The notes beneath the pieces were generated by a model that searched no databases, was not told the origin of the DNA, and was given only the letters and a program-made list of their open reading frames with translations. A program made the position numbers and the translations under genes. DNA of 64,000 nt from Paramecium tetraurelia. Its lineage: Eukaryota. Below are positions 13,312 to 25,951 of the stretch, in pieces; position 1 is the first letter of the stretch; each line of letters opens with the position of its first letter. The stretch is taken from the NCBI GenBank assembly GCA_000165425.1, contig CT868185.1, positions 62,001-126,000 on the forward strand. Reading direction: 5' to 3'.

Positions 13312-14997
13312 ATGTTTACTAGTGAAAGTGTGCAAGAACATATACTTTATGATAAAATATATCAATATCTTTGGGTTAAGTCTGAGACCTCAAGTCCACC
13401 TTCTGTGCTAATACCAGATACTGTGATTTTGATAAGATCAATGCCGATATATTGGTATTTTACAGACAAGGAGACAGGGGAAGTTAAGAAAAAGCTGAGG
13501 AAAAACGTTACAAAAGAAAATATCAAAGAAACTTGGTTGAACTAGGTTGGGAGATCTGGAGTGGTGGGATATTTGTTGCATTTTATGTATAAATAGCATA
13601 AATTACAATTTCAAGAGAGAATTTAGATTTGAATTATCCTCCTGAGAAACTAAAAATAAGTGGTAAAATTTAGATAGTGTATTTTGATGAAAAAGGATTT
13701 GAAAATTTTATGAATTCTAATTTGGAACTTCCTTTTGGAATACTTTAACGATATGTCGAGGCGGCAGATGACAGAAATTGTATAATTTTAATTAAATTCA
13801 GCATAAATTTAGGCTTTTTGGAGTAAATCTGTCACACTCTTCACAAAGAGAATGACTAAGAAGAGTTATATGAATAAATCAATGAATATTTATGAGAGAC
13901 TCTGCACTTTCGAAGGACCTGAGTATTTGAGTGAAGCAAGTAAGATTATATGATTCTATTTAAAACTTAGCTTAAGTGAAGGATTTCTAATCTTAAAGAA
14001 TATCTGAATAGATTTATAAGATGATTAATCACTTAGATGCAATATCATTTGGAAAATTGAATATAAATCAAGGAACATTTTATTTTAAGGTTGACAAATA
14101 AGATAAATGTTGGTTTCTTTTTTGTGGCAGTCTAAAATTCGAAGATGATAAACATTATAAGAACTATCCTAAGGATTTATATACTCAATCCTAAATATCT
14201 ATACCAAAATCAGTGGATGGAATTATGTCAGTTTATAGTCAAAGACCATTGTAATTGAACAAGGAATCTAAATGCATTAAGTGTGGTAACATTGACAAGG
14301 AGAACAATTTCATGGATATTCCATATCATTACATTTTGGATTCAGATATAGAAAGTTTACCAGCTGATCAATGGCCGACTGAAATTTAGAAAGAGGCTAA
14401 AAAAGTCAAAGTAGCAGGTGCTAATGCTGGTACTCAAGCATTATTAAACACAATAACATAGGTTCCCTTAGTATTTTAGAAGATTCATGAAAAGTTAAAT
14501 TACACCAATTTTGATTAATTTAAACAATCTGATGGTTTCCTGCATAAAACATTATAAGTTTGTTTGGATTGCTATATAGTATTAGGTATTTAATGCTGTG
14601 ATTATAAAATAAAGTTGCTCATTAAGAGAAAGTGTAAAAGAACTGCGTAATAAATAAAGTCAGATAAAATGTTCGAATTCGAAAGGCTTCAGAAGGATTT
14701 ACAAATGCAAAACGGTTGAAGGAATATTTAAGATAAGGATAAAAAGAATAGGGGATAAAAGGAGGCTAGGTCAAAACTATAGAAAGTAATATAAGCAAAT
14801 AAGCGTAAAAAGTCAGACCTATTCAACAATACATTAATATGAGATTGCAAAGTTTAAGTCCTTAATTGAAGTACTCAATCGAAATTCCGTCTACTGCTGA
14901 TTATTTGTCATTTAAGACGAAATCATCGAATTATGACAGTAATATAAAATTGAGAAATTTATATAACTAGTCTCTTCAAGCAAAAATGAATTCTTGA
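13312..14997 (+). CDS. Hypothetical protein with IPDTV..P.YWYFT and GILQRYV motifs (possible divergent ATP-grasp-like fold)
   Basis: Long table-6 ORF with several short introns, motifs ERLCTFEG, CIKCG and VCLDCY; TGA 14995-14997. Confidence 0.7.
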
Positions 14998-15068
14998 GAT
15001 TAATGTTTTTTTATGTATTTATTCGTTTTATCATAAGAAATTATTTTGATATAATTTAAAAAGGTTTA

Positions 15069-16570
15069 ATGATTGTTAAGCTATTTAGTCATTTCTAATA
15101 ATTATATGGAAGCTTTAATCCTTCATATTTCATAATTGCTGTGGTTGCATTTTCATAGGGAGTTCAGCATTTAGCTGATTTATCAATTAACTTTATGCTT
15201 AAGGATGATTTTGGATTATCACCAGCTATGATGGGATTGTATTTGAGTTACACAACTATTCCTTGGATTGTCAAGCCTTTTTGGGGACTCATAACTGATT
15301 CAAAGCCTTTATTTGGATATAGAAGAAAATCTTATATAATATTATTTAGTTCTATTGATGCTTTGGGTTGGGTTGCCCTGTATAAGTATGGGACAAACAG
15401 TTTGCATTCGGCTCTATTGATATTGTTTCTCATTCAATTATCAACTTGCTTTGTGAATGTGGTAGGAGAGGCTATTTTGGTGGAGGTAGCAGCAAAATAA
15501 GAACAAAAATAAGCCAATTTATAACATGGAGCATCAAAAAACGTATCCATCTTTTTTGGAGTCAGGGCTTTTGGAACTCTGATAAGTGCTTTCTTTTCTG
15601 GTGCTTTGCTACACATATTTACAAAACAAGAAATATTCCTGATGACTTCAGCATTTCCAGCAGCCTTAATGGTGATTTCATTCTTCTATACTGAAGAGAA
15701 AGTAAATTTAAGAGCTTTGAGTCAGGATGATAGAAGAAATAACACTATGCAATGTATTAAGGACTTTTGGATATTTTTCAAAAATCCGTTGATTTACAAG
15801 TATAATATAATTAAATAAAAGACCAGTGGCATTAATTTTTTGTTTTATGATGGCCCCCTCCAGTTCAACTATCATGTTCTTTTTCTATACATCAGTATTA
15901 GGATTTGAACCATCCTTCTTGGGTTAGTTGAAATTTGTATATGCCTTCTCGACAATCTTAGGAGTTCTATTATATAATAATTATTTGAAAGATGTTCCAT
16001 TTAAGAGAATCTTCATTACCACAACAATTTTATATTACTTTTGCTATTAATCCATGATAATCTTGGTGACAAGAAAAAATGTAGAATGGAGGATAAATGA
16101 TCGATTCTTTTGTTTGGGCGATTCCATAATGTTATAATTGGTAGGAGAATTAAACATAATGCCAATATTAGTCTTGGCATGTAGAATGTGTCCTAAGAAC
16201 ATAGAGGCGACCATGTATGCTATGTTGATGAGCACCATCAATTTCGGTATCTTATTATGTTATCGAATCAATAGGGTCAACATTGGGATCTTAGTTCGGA
16301 GCTATCTTTCTAATTGCACTTGGAGTTAATCAAAACGATTACTCTAGACTCTGGTTGTTCATTATGATTACTGGAGTTTTCATTCTTCTCCCATTACCAT
16401 GGGTTGGTGTTGTTAAGGAGGACTAAATTTAAAAATCAATGGATAAACAAAAACTGGCTAAGAAGTAACAGCAAAATGATTTTGAATCCTTATCTGTATC
16501 ATCAAGTAATCTACGATAAGAAGATGATCAGTAACAATTACTGTCTTAAAATCAATAAATGAATGATTGA
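15069..16570 (+). CDS. BT1 family folate/biopterin transporter
   Basis: PWIVKPFWGLITDSKPLFGYRRKSY and MPILVLACRMCPKNIEATMYAMLMSTINFG are BT1 signatures. Confidence 0.93.
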
Positions 16571-17039
16571 TTGCTACATTATTATATGAATGTTATTTAT
16601 TAATTTGGGGTATGTCAATATATAAGAATTTATAATCTTCACAGTATGGCATTTTTAATCTTATATCAGTTTAGATTTGCTTACTTTTTATAAACAAAAT
16701 TTATGATATAAATTATTAATAAATTAGACGATAAAAATTTAGAAATAATTCATCTGTAACTTAATTATTTATATTCGTATTTTTCAAGAGATTGATTAGA
16801 CAAAAGTATTAGATTAGTGTTAAATTTCATTTTTATCTAATTTCCATCTCTTCCCCTTCTTCTCGATAAATCTTACATTTATATTATAAGACAGTCTTAA
16901 GAATTCTCAAAGAATAAATTGGATTAAAAATTTAGTAATTATTGCGTAATTATTAATGTAATATAACATATCTAATTTGAAGAAGCGCTATATATAGATT
17001 AATTAGTTGAATTCATAAACTCATAAAATTTATAAAAAA

Positions 17040-17432
17040 ATGGGTTGTTCGCCTTCTGTCATACATCATGAAAAGGATGAATTCCTTAGAGATGATATAC
17101 TATTCGATGATTTAGAATTGAGCGATGAAACTAGCGCAAATTTTGTCAATGACTCTATTCGAGTAAACGAAAGCATTCAGAACAGGAAAATTCTGTACAA
17201 GGAAGAAAACGTAGATTTCTCATTGGTTTAAGAGTAACTACTTGACCAAAAACCCTTCATAATAAAATCATGTTTTAAAAAAAACAATAAAACGAAATAA
17301 TTTATGCAAAACGAAAAGAAGGTGAGATTTTGTAAGACTTACTTCATCATTATAAATGGTGTAAAATTCGTGGTCAAAAGGATTAAATAAAGAAATAGTA
17401 AAAAAAGAAATAAATTACCTGAAGTTAAATGA
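17040..17432 (+). CDS. Small acylation-motif protein (MGCS) with KSCFKK and KKVRF motifs
   Basis: Intronless 130-aa table-6 ORF ending at TGA 17430-17432. Confidence 0.72.
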
Positions 17433-17529
17433 AAATATTTTAAATTTAACTATACTAAATTTACATTTACTTCTAACAAATACATTTGATTGACTCTTTA
17501 TTCAATTGAACCATAATTGATTATAAATT

Positions 17530-17568
17530 TATAAGTTCATCTATCCTATGCTTTCAGATGAACTTATA
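17530..17568. repeat. Perfect 13-bp inverted repeat with 13-nt loop
   Basis: TATAAGTTCATCT (17530-17542) pairs with AGATGAACTTATA (17556-17568). Confidence 0.85.
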
Positions 17569-18180
17569 TATAAAAAACATTAAAAAAATGTTATTAATTT
17601 TTTAAAATAATTTATTAATCCAACACAGTTAATTAGATTACGACTAGTCAATGATGTATGTATAGTAATACTTGTAATGAGTTCAATGGTCAAAGTGATA
17701 AAATTAATAGGTCATTGAACTTTTCAAATTTTGATCTAGGATATGAGGATACGATATGAACAATTGTTATTCTTGCATTTGTGCTATAACTTTTCGGAAA
17801 AATAATAATTTTATAGTAATTTAAATATGAATCCAATTTCATAAAAATTAATTGTGATAAAGGACGAGGAGAACAGTTTAGAATCTAAGATTTAATTTAA
17901 GATAGATTTATACTCGTAATCCTTAGTTGCGAAGCTTGGTTAATTATAACAGAATGATATATAAACTTAATCTATGAAGTAAGAGCATTTATTGATGAAA
18001 GATGTTTTAAAGTTTGCTAGAATTCTAAATTGGGAGTTGAGACTTGCACAAGTAGAGTGTTTAAGTATATTTAGAAAACTGTTTCAATAAGCACACTAAA
18101 TTGTTGGAATATCACAAAAGTTCAGAATTTATGGGCATATTTAAAAAGTCATCTAATTGAATTATTAAATATCAATATAA

Positions 18181-19322
18181 TCATTATTCATCTTAAAGTA
18201 AACATACAATTTTCTTTTATTATTATTCTAATAAATCAATTTTAAAGATTTCATTCAAGATGTCCTTATAGCACTTTAGAATCACAATAAAGTCAGCATC
18301 GATAGCCTAAAGTGAAGAGGACAACGATTGAATTCTAACAAAGTTTTCATTATTTTATTGTAAGGCATGTTCAATTTTATTAAGAACTTCTATAATTTAA
18401 GCATCTTGTGATTGTTTCAATTAGTTTAAGCCGTTATTGAATTCACTAAATATTTGGATGCAGTTACGTGATTTCTTTAGATTGCTGGTGTAGATGTGAA
18501 ATGAGGGCCTTCTAACTCTCAGTGATGTCGTTGAATTGTTATTGTAAATTCATAGTACTATAAGCTAAATATTTCTCATTTAGAGCCTTGATGGTTTTTT
18601 CAAACTTCTAGTTGTTAGCATTGGATTGTTCTTGAAATTCTCTGGACAGCTTAACATAATTGTCTTCACTAGACCTGAGTCTTTTTTCTAGAGCTGCAAT
18701 TTTGTTATTTTCTTATATGACTTGTTGAGAAGAAGCACCAAGATTAACTAGGTTGAAAAACTAACATACTTGTAGGTTATTTAGACACTGAGCGTCTAGC
18801 CAAGGGACTTTTGATCTTCTCTTAGCCACTCAAGATACTAACATTCTCATTTTAAGGTAAAGACATTTGACTTTAATTGCGAAGTAATCCACTTGTATCA
18901 TTACGTGAATCATCCTTTTTTTGATTGCCTTGATTACCATTGGGACTGTATGGACTTGATTATAGATTTTGTAATTAGTGAAGGTGTGAATTTAATTCTT
19001 AGAGATTATCCCTATTATCTAATCTTTCTTAGAATTCAGTCAATTTGGCTTCAATAGAAATAATAATTTGCTTAAAGATTAGCCCGTTTACTTTGTCATC
19101 GTCTTTTAAAGTGTTAGCTAGTTCTACTATTTCAAAAAGACAATTTTATTTTCTTTTTTATTCAACAGGATTCGGGGAGGATAATTACTATTTGTTTGCC
19201 TCAAAGCCATTAGATTCATTAGTGATTTCCTTTTTAGAATTGCCTGATTGATTAGTTTGATTGTCTTTTGATTTGGGAAGAGATTTTCCTGGTTTCTTGG
19301 TTAAAGGAATCTAAGATTTCAT
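18181..19322 (-). CDS. Hypothetical coiled-coil protein (3' end approximate)
   Basis: ATG 19322 MKSQIPLTKKPGKSLPKSKD, then a long K/E/Q-rich table-6 frame with probable short introns. Confidence 0.6.
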
Positions 19323-19646
19323 TTATTTATATATATTGTTTAATATATTATTTACTCACTCTTTTGTGGAAACTTTATTTTTTATACTTTTGTAAAATTA
19401 GACACTCTTATATTAAACTTATAATGCTGGAGATAGAATGTGCTTATGGTCATTTCCATATTAACTACCCTCAAAATTATCCTTGTTTTTATTAATGATC
19501 TAAAATTACTCTGCCCTAAATTGTTCCTTTTTAACAGTAATTCTGCCACAATTATTTATTTAATGAAACTCTAAGGTCTAATTTTTGATATTATGTAAGT
19601 ATTCTAATATAATAATAATTATTTTAAATAATTTGGACATCCAAAA

Positions 19647-20894
19647 ATGATCAATATAATCATAACATTTGCAATAATTTACATCTCATATAGATGGATG
19701 AAATTCATAAATCGTCCAAGTGTTCAATTGTTTTACAATAATGAGAGCCTTAAAAAAGTAGTACAATCTTGTCCATCATTATCTAATTATAAACCGACTC
19801 CTTATCTTAATGGATTATTGCACACTATATTAGGTACTGCTGGCTCTATTTTAATAGCTACATTCAAACACCCATCTGAAAAGCATACATCAAATCGAGA
19901 AGTAGTACATGAAGCAGGATTGTCCGTCGATTGGATTGATAAAGGGAGTGGCATCGATGTTCAACATCCTCTCTTATTTATAATGCCAGGTCTAACAGGA
20001 AGTGTGGATGATGGATATATCAACACAATAGTGTCACAGGCTCATCAGCACAATTTTCATAACATCTGCATATACAATTATAGAATGCTTGCAAAGAATG
20101 CTGACTTCTCGTTCAAACCCGAATCTTACAACTATGGGCTGAAGATGCAACCAAATCAATTTATGAGCAATTACGTGAGTGATGGATTTTATGGAATCGA
20201 CAATGATTACTATTATTTTGAGGATGATGTAATAGAAGGCAAGAGAGTGCGAATAGATTTGGTTGCAGATCTTCATTACACTTTGCTATATTTGAAAAAC
20301 AAATACAAATTCAATAAGATATTAGCCATAGGTTGTTCATACGGAGGTGTCTAATTGGGTATGTATTTGGGACGATTCGAAGGCAAGGCTCTCATTGATG
20401 CTGGAGTGACAGTTTGTTCTCCACACATCATGAACATCACTCAAGTCTTTTTGTCCACATTTATGAATCTAATGTTGTGCAAAATCCTTTAAAGAGGACT
20501 CAAGGCTATCAAGGATCAATTTGCAAATAGGAACAATTACCCTAGCAATTGGACCATTGATGTGTAAAAAGCATTGAATGCTACTTGGATTTAAGATTTT
20601 GACACTTATTACACTTCCAGAGTTTATGGGTATCGAACAGCTGATGCTTATTATCGACATTTCACTTTGATCAATCGATTCCCTTAGGTTTAGGTTCCGA
20701 TGTTATGCATTTCAGCTGAAGATGATGGGGTTTGTCATCTTAAGGGATTGGGAAAAGAGGAAATGATTCAGAATGGACGTACAATATTGTGTTTGGCCAA
20801 GGCTGGAGGACATATTGGATTCTTGGAGGGATGGAATGCTTCATCCTTTTGGTTCCCGAAGCCAGCGATCGAATTTCTTACTTTTCACAGTTGA
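19647..20894 (+). CDS. Alpha/beta hydrolase, ABHD1/2/3-YheT-like
   Basis: N-terminal TM segment, PTPYLNGLLHT, MPGLTGS, nucleophile elbow GCSYGG, SAEDD (Asp) and GGHIGF (His). Confidence 0.9.
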
Positions 20895-20902
20895 TTTTAA
20901 TT

Positions 20903-22509
20903 ATGAATATAAAGCAAAAGGCATATAAATTGATCAAAAGCTGCGACTTCTATGGAGTGGATATCGGACTCAATTACAGACAACATAAATCGTACAAGAC
21001 TTTCTATGGTGGGTTGTGGTCGTCAATTATTGCCTCTTTGATTGCAGCTCTCTGTATCAGCCAATTCTTAGATTGCATTTTCTACTTGTCTCCTGAGATC
21101 CATCATTACACCAAAGATAATGGATTCAATTATAAACTCTTGGAATCAAGCACCTTTCGTTCCATCTTATTGGACTTGGAAAACGAAGGGATCTTGAATA
21201 CTCAGCATCTTAACAATGATGAAACCCTCATAGATATTCATTCCTTTAAGTCAATAGCGATCTCCATTCCAACTATTCATGAGGACATCAATGATGTTGA
21301 CAACCCGATTAAATTTGGCAAATTGCAAAAGATCGTTAGGGAAGTAGTTCAAAATCATCAATTAACTATTCATATACAATTGAAAATACTAGAATATTAA
21401 ACAGATTCTGGTCTCTTATGGGAAATCCTGAACACCCATGATCAATTGTACTTAGAGGATGTTGATACCTACTACTTACAGAGCGATAAGACAAGCTTGA
21501 GATTAATATTTACAATCAAGTACACACAAACAGTACCTTAGGTAGTCCTATAATAAAACATGTGGATCGGAGTTACAAAAGAATCTACAGAATTCTATCT
21601 ATTACTGGAGGTCTAGTCAAGGTTCTAATGTTCGTTGGCAAGTTCTTCAGCAAACCAATCACCACGTTGAAATTTTAGGTATCTTTCCTTAATCAATTTT
21701 TTAATTTCGGATCCACAAAAGACTCCAAATCCTTTTACCCACTCAACTCTCTTGCTTACAGTCAGAAATTATTGCGTATGTAGACAGTCCGATTAGACTC
21801 CATTAAAGTTAATCCCAACACTAAAGAGTTAACTAAACAACCAACCAAAATGATTAAGAGTATTCTCAAGAAATATTCCCAACAGCAAAAACAAAATGCT
21901 GATTCAGAATAACAAGGAGACGAAGCAATAATTGAGGAGTAGAATCAAGATGTCGATGAACTCATAGCCAAATATTTTCAACCGCAAGATATTCGATTGA
22001 AATTACAACACATCCAATATGTCAAATATTTTTTTGGATTTACAGGACAACTGAAAAAGAGAATTAAGCAATTACGCCAAAATCTACAAATTGTCAATCA
22101 AAAGACAGACATCATTTATGTGTTTAACAAACTACAAGAATTAGAAAAACTAAAGTAATTGCTCTTAGATGAGGATTAATTGAATCTATTTGAATATATC
22201 CCTAAACCTAACATTGATGTTTCTCATAATAGATAAGAACCTAAAAATAATACTATTGTCAAAGCCACCTAAGCCTTTAATTCATTCCAAGCCATAAATG
22301 AAAAGGAGAAAAAGTCAAGAATCGATAACGCTCTTATAAAGATGATAGATGCAAATATCAAAAAATATTTTGTTGTAAGCTCAGGTTGCATTTCTTTTGC
22401 AAGAAACACCACTCCCAAAGTCTCGTATGCTAGTCCCAATTCAAGTCCAAGAAAACGAAACTCAGATCTGTCTGAAAATTTAAAACATGAAGAAGTAAAT
22501 GAATATTGA
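20903..22509 (+). CDS. Ciliate two-TM-type membrane protein (DFYG...KTFYGG family)
   Basis: KSCDFYG...YKTFYGGLWS plus TM1, then RSYKRIYRILSITGGLVKVL plus TM2, then DIIYVFNKLQELEKLKQLLLDEDQLNLFEYIPKP. Confidence 0.78.
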
Positions 22510-24084
22510 TCAAGATTAATCCTCAGTAATTTCATCCACCTCCTTTATTCCTAATTCATTAAATATTCTATTAACTTATGATCCCCTCTTCTTAGAACCT
22601 TGTTATTGTTACATCATGTTCTATTTCTAGTTCGTCAAATCACATTCACAAGACAAAGTCTCCATCACTTCCAAACTATAATCTAAAGTTATTCCTAATT
22701 GGCAGAGTAACCTATTGTTAGAATGCTACTGTTCCTCCTTCATCTCTAAACTACTCTCCACATTGCCTACATCTCCAAACGGTTAACTGATTGTTTTGTC
22801 TATACACTATATTTATAATATGTATACTTGATTATACACAACCTTGTTGACCACAACTTTTATCAAGTATTTCTTATCTCGATCCCAATTTACTCATTAA
22901 AGCATTGCTACTTCCCACTGAATTCATTAGTTGGATCAAACCGCACTTTTCAGTATGTCTGTGTATTATGTGTATGTTCCCAAAGTCTCTTACTAAATCA
23001 TTAATGTTAATATTTTCATCTTCATTAGCACTGCTTTATAATTTTTTAATGACATTTCCCCATCGTTCATTCATTCTCAGACTATTTTGCAATGACTTAC
23101 ATCTCCTACAATTCTCAAGCCCAATTTCATCTTTACTCAATAATGCCATAACATCACGAATAGTTCCGATCTCAAAAAATGGATGCCGAATAGCCTCTTC
23201 AACAGTTATTCTACTTTCTTTTCTTGGATTCAACATCTACAAAATTAGATTTGATAATGGAATCTCAATCTGATTTAAATCCCCTTTGAATGTCCATTCT
23301 TCTGGGTTACCCAACAAATCAACAAAATCTGAAATTTAATTGGAGTGCAAAGGTAACTTTTAAAAAATACATTAATAACAAATAATTCCTATTGCCCAAA
23401 TGTCAACTTATTTTGAATAACTAGCCTTGTGAAATATTTCAGGAGCACAATAAAATATATTGCCTGTTTTAGTAAGCATTTCAATTTCTTATCCTTTGGA
23501 TATATATCTGCGGGAGACTCCAAAATCTATAAGTTTCACATGCGGTGGATTGCTATTCTCCTCTAAATTCACAAGTATGTTATCAGGCTTAAGATCTCGA
23601 TGGCATATGCCCTTTGAGTGAGAATGTTAGATGGCTGACAACAATTATTTTATAATCACTTTCAACTCTTCAGTAGTCAATGCTCGCTTCTAGATGACAC
23701 TCTCCAAACTAGGGAAGTTGCAGTACTCCATTATCAAATAAGAGGTTTCCCTCTTCTCACTTATGAATAACTCAATATCCTATGCTATATTAGAATGTCT
23801 AAGACATCTATTATTGTTGAATGTCCTCCTAACATTATTTTAGATTTCCTAATCTCCTGAACGCACCATCTTCACTGCATAGATCTCCTCAGTCCCTTTC
23901 TTCTTTGCTGTCTTTACCACTGCATGAGCACCTTGTCCTACACACATTATGACTTTATCATCGTACCTATGGTCTGGAGACATTCATAATGATCTTCAAA
24001 TCTTTTGGTTTCAGTTGGTTCAAGTGAATTCAAAGGAAATTGATCATCACTAAATTGGATTTACGTTTTAAGTCGATTCGCCAT
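22510..24084 (-). CDS. Ser/Thr protein kinase (CAMK-like group)
   Basis: [34 protein letters not shown] and VDIWAIG motifs; TGA at 22512-22510. Confidence 0.92.
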
Positions 24085-24100
24085 TAAAATAATTAACTGA

Positions 24101-25153
24101 ATGCTTCGATTAGTATGTGGCAGTGCCATAACCGTAGATCCCATGAAAAAAAGCAAGTCCACTTGTTCCACACCCAATAAAGAATTCCTAATTGATCAAA
24201 TCATACACAAATATGTCGGCATGGATAGAACTACTGACACATTTACATCCTCCATCACTACGATGTTCCACAACACATTCCCTGAAGAAAAACAGCTCTT
24301 TGTCTCTCCTCACAAAAAGTTAACTGAACGAGATTGCGAAAAATATTTGACCACCTTCCAAAGAATATCGGATCGAAAATCTGAGTTTTAGGAAAGTCCT
24401 CACCAAGACGAAGAATTTCATCATCTCAAGACTTCAAGTGATTATGGCTCCGAACACAACTCTTTCCAAGAGCTAGCATAAAATCTAGAATAAGTTTTTG
24501 ATTCACCTACTAATAACGTACACACAGATAAAAGTCCTGAATTTTACAACCCAGAAACCAAACTCAAGTCTCTCCCCAAAGAACTTCCTATCATTGAAGA
24601 AAACGAAGAAATCGCCAACACACATCTGAGACTGAATGGGCTCATCACCTAAATAGATTAGAAAATTGGTTTCCATCAAGTAAATTAACAAGTTATTGAA
24701 AAAATAAAAGATAAATACCTACCCAAAACAGACGAACAATTTGAATTCCAAGATTTTCCTGAATTCAACCCTTCAGATTAGCCCAAAGAAGAGGACTTAT
24801 ACAATCTCAAATTCGAATAGACCAAACTCTAATCACCAAAACAAATTATTGTTAAAGATCTAAGAGCTTAAGCTAGCAGAAACATAACCTTCAATTCCAA
24901 TGAATTCAATGATTTCATTTCAGAATAGTTTCAAACGGAAGAGTAACTGAAAAAAAATAGTACCCTTGAATAGCCAACACAATAGGAGGATTAAAATGTA
25001 GCCCTACAAGGGAAAATTCAAATTAAGGAGACTCAAACCTCCAAATTCAAATTCCCTGGACTCAATGTTCCTCAAATTAGACGCACTATTCAGGCAATAA
25101 TAATTATATTGATATTGACACTGTTATCACAATTATTTACTTTAATATTATGA
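24101..25153 (+). CDS. Hypothetical protein with single C-terminal hydrophobic segment (tail-anchored candidate)
   Basis: Intronless 350-aa table-6 ORF ending IQAIIIILILTLLSQLFTLIL-TGA. Confidence 0.72.
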
Positions 25154-25951
25154 CAATGCATAAATAAACTTTATCTATATAGCTTAAGAAATATACATTA
25201 ATTCCAATCCTATAATTTTGAATTCACGCATAGTGAATAATAGTTAATGAGCATTCTTATTTTATAAATTGTTTACCAAAATATTATGGATATGAAGAAT
25301 CAAAATAAGACTTGAGTTAAATAATTAAGCGTATTATTCCAATAATTTATTTATATGTATATCAAATAATCAATAATTTAATCTAAATAAATGTCTGAGA
25401 GTAAAAATTTAGTTTTTTTTAATGGTTTTCTTAAATTACCAAATTTAAAGTTTAATAATATTAATTAAAACAGTAAGGAATTGATGCTATACTATTATTA
25501 ATTATTCATCACATATACATCTACCTTTACTCAATTGATTCCCAATTTAGGTATGCTTACTCATTAATAGACCAAAAAATTTGGATACTTTTATTAATAT
25601 TGTATTCTATAAATTAAATAGAGAAGGAGCCATTAATTAGATACTTGAATATTTGATACAAATTAGTCAATGAAAATTTAAGGTGGGATAAAGCTAAAAA
25701 TTGTTTAATCTAAGTGATAATTTTATTAATTCTATTCATAAGTTATAAATAATAAAATCTACTTCCTAGGGATCATTTAAAGTTCTTTTCATTTTTTATC
25801 AACAATTACATGTGATAGTTTTTCTAAATAATTTTATTTAGGAAAAAGTAGTTTTCAATAGAGTGATTTTGAGAGTTTTTAATGTGTAGAATTTTAGATA
25901 TTAAGTAATAAAAAGATTTTGAAATTCCTTTTATTTTTAATATTTACAACA

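Noticed and set aside
17676..17725. SECIS-like element (ATGA, stem, AAA)
   Set aside because: The 3' GA of the non-Watson-Crick quartet is missing (TTTT follows the stem), and the upstream gene has no internal TGA.
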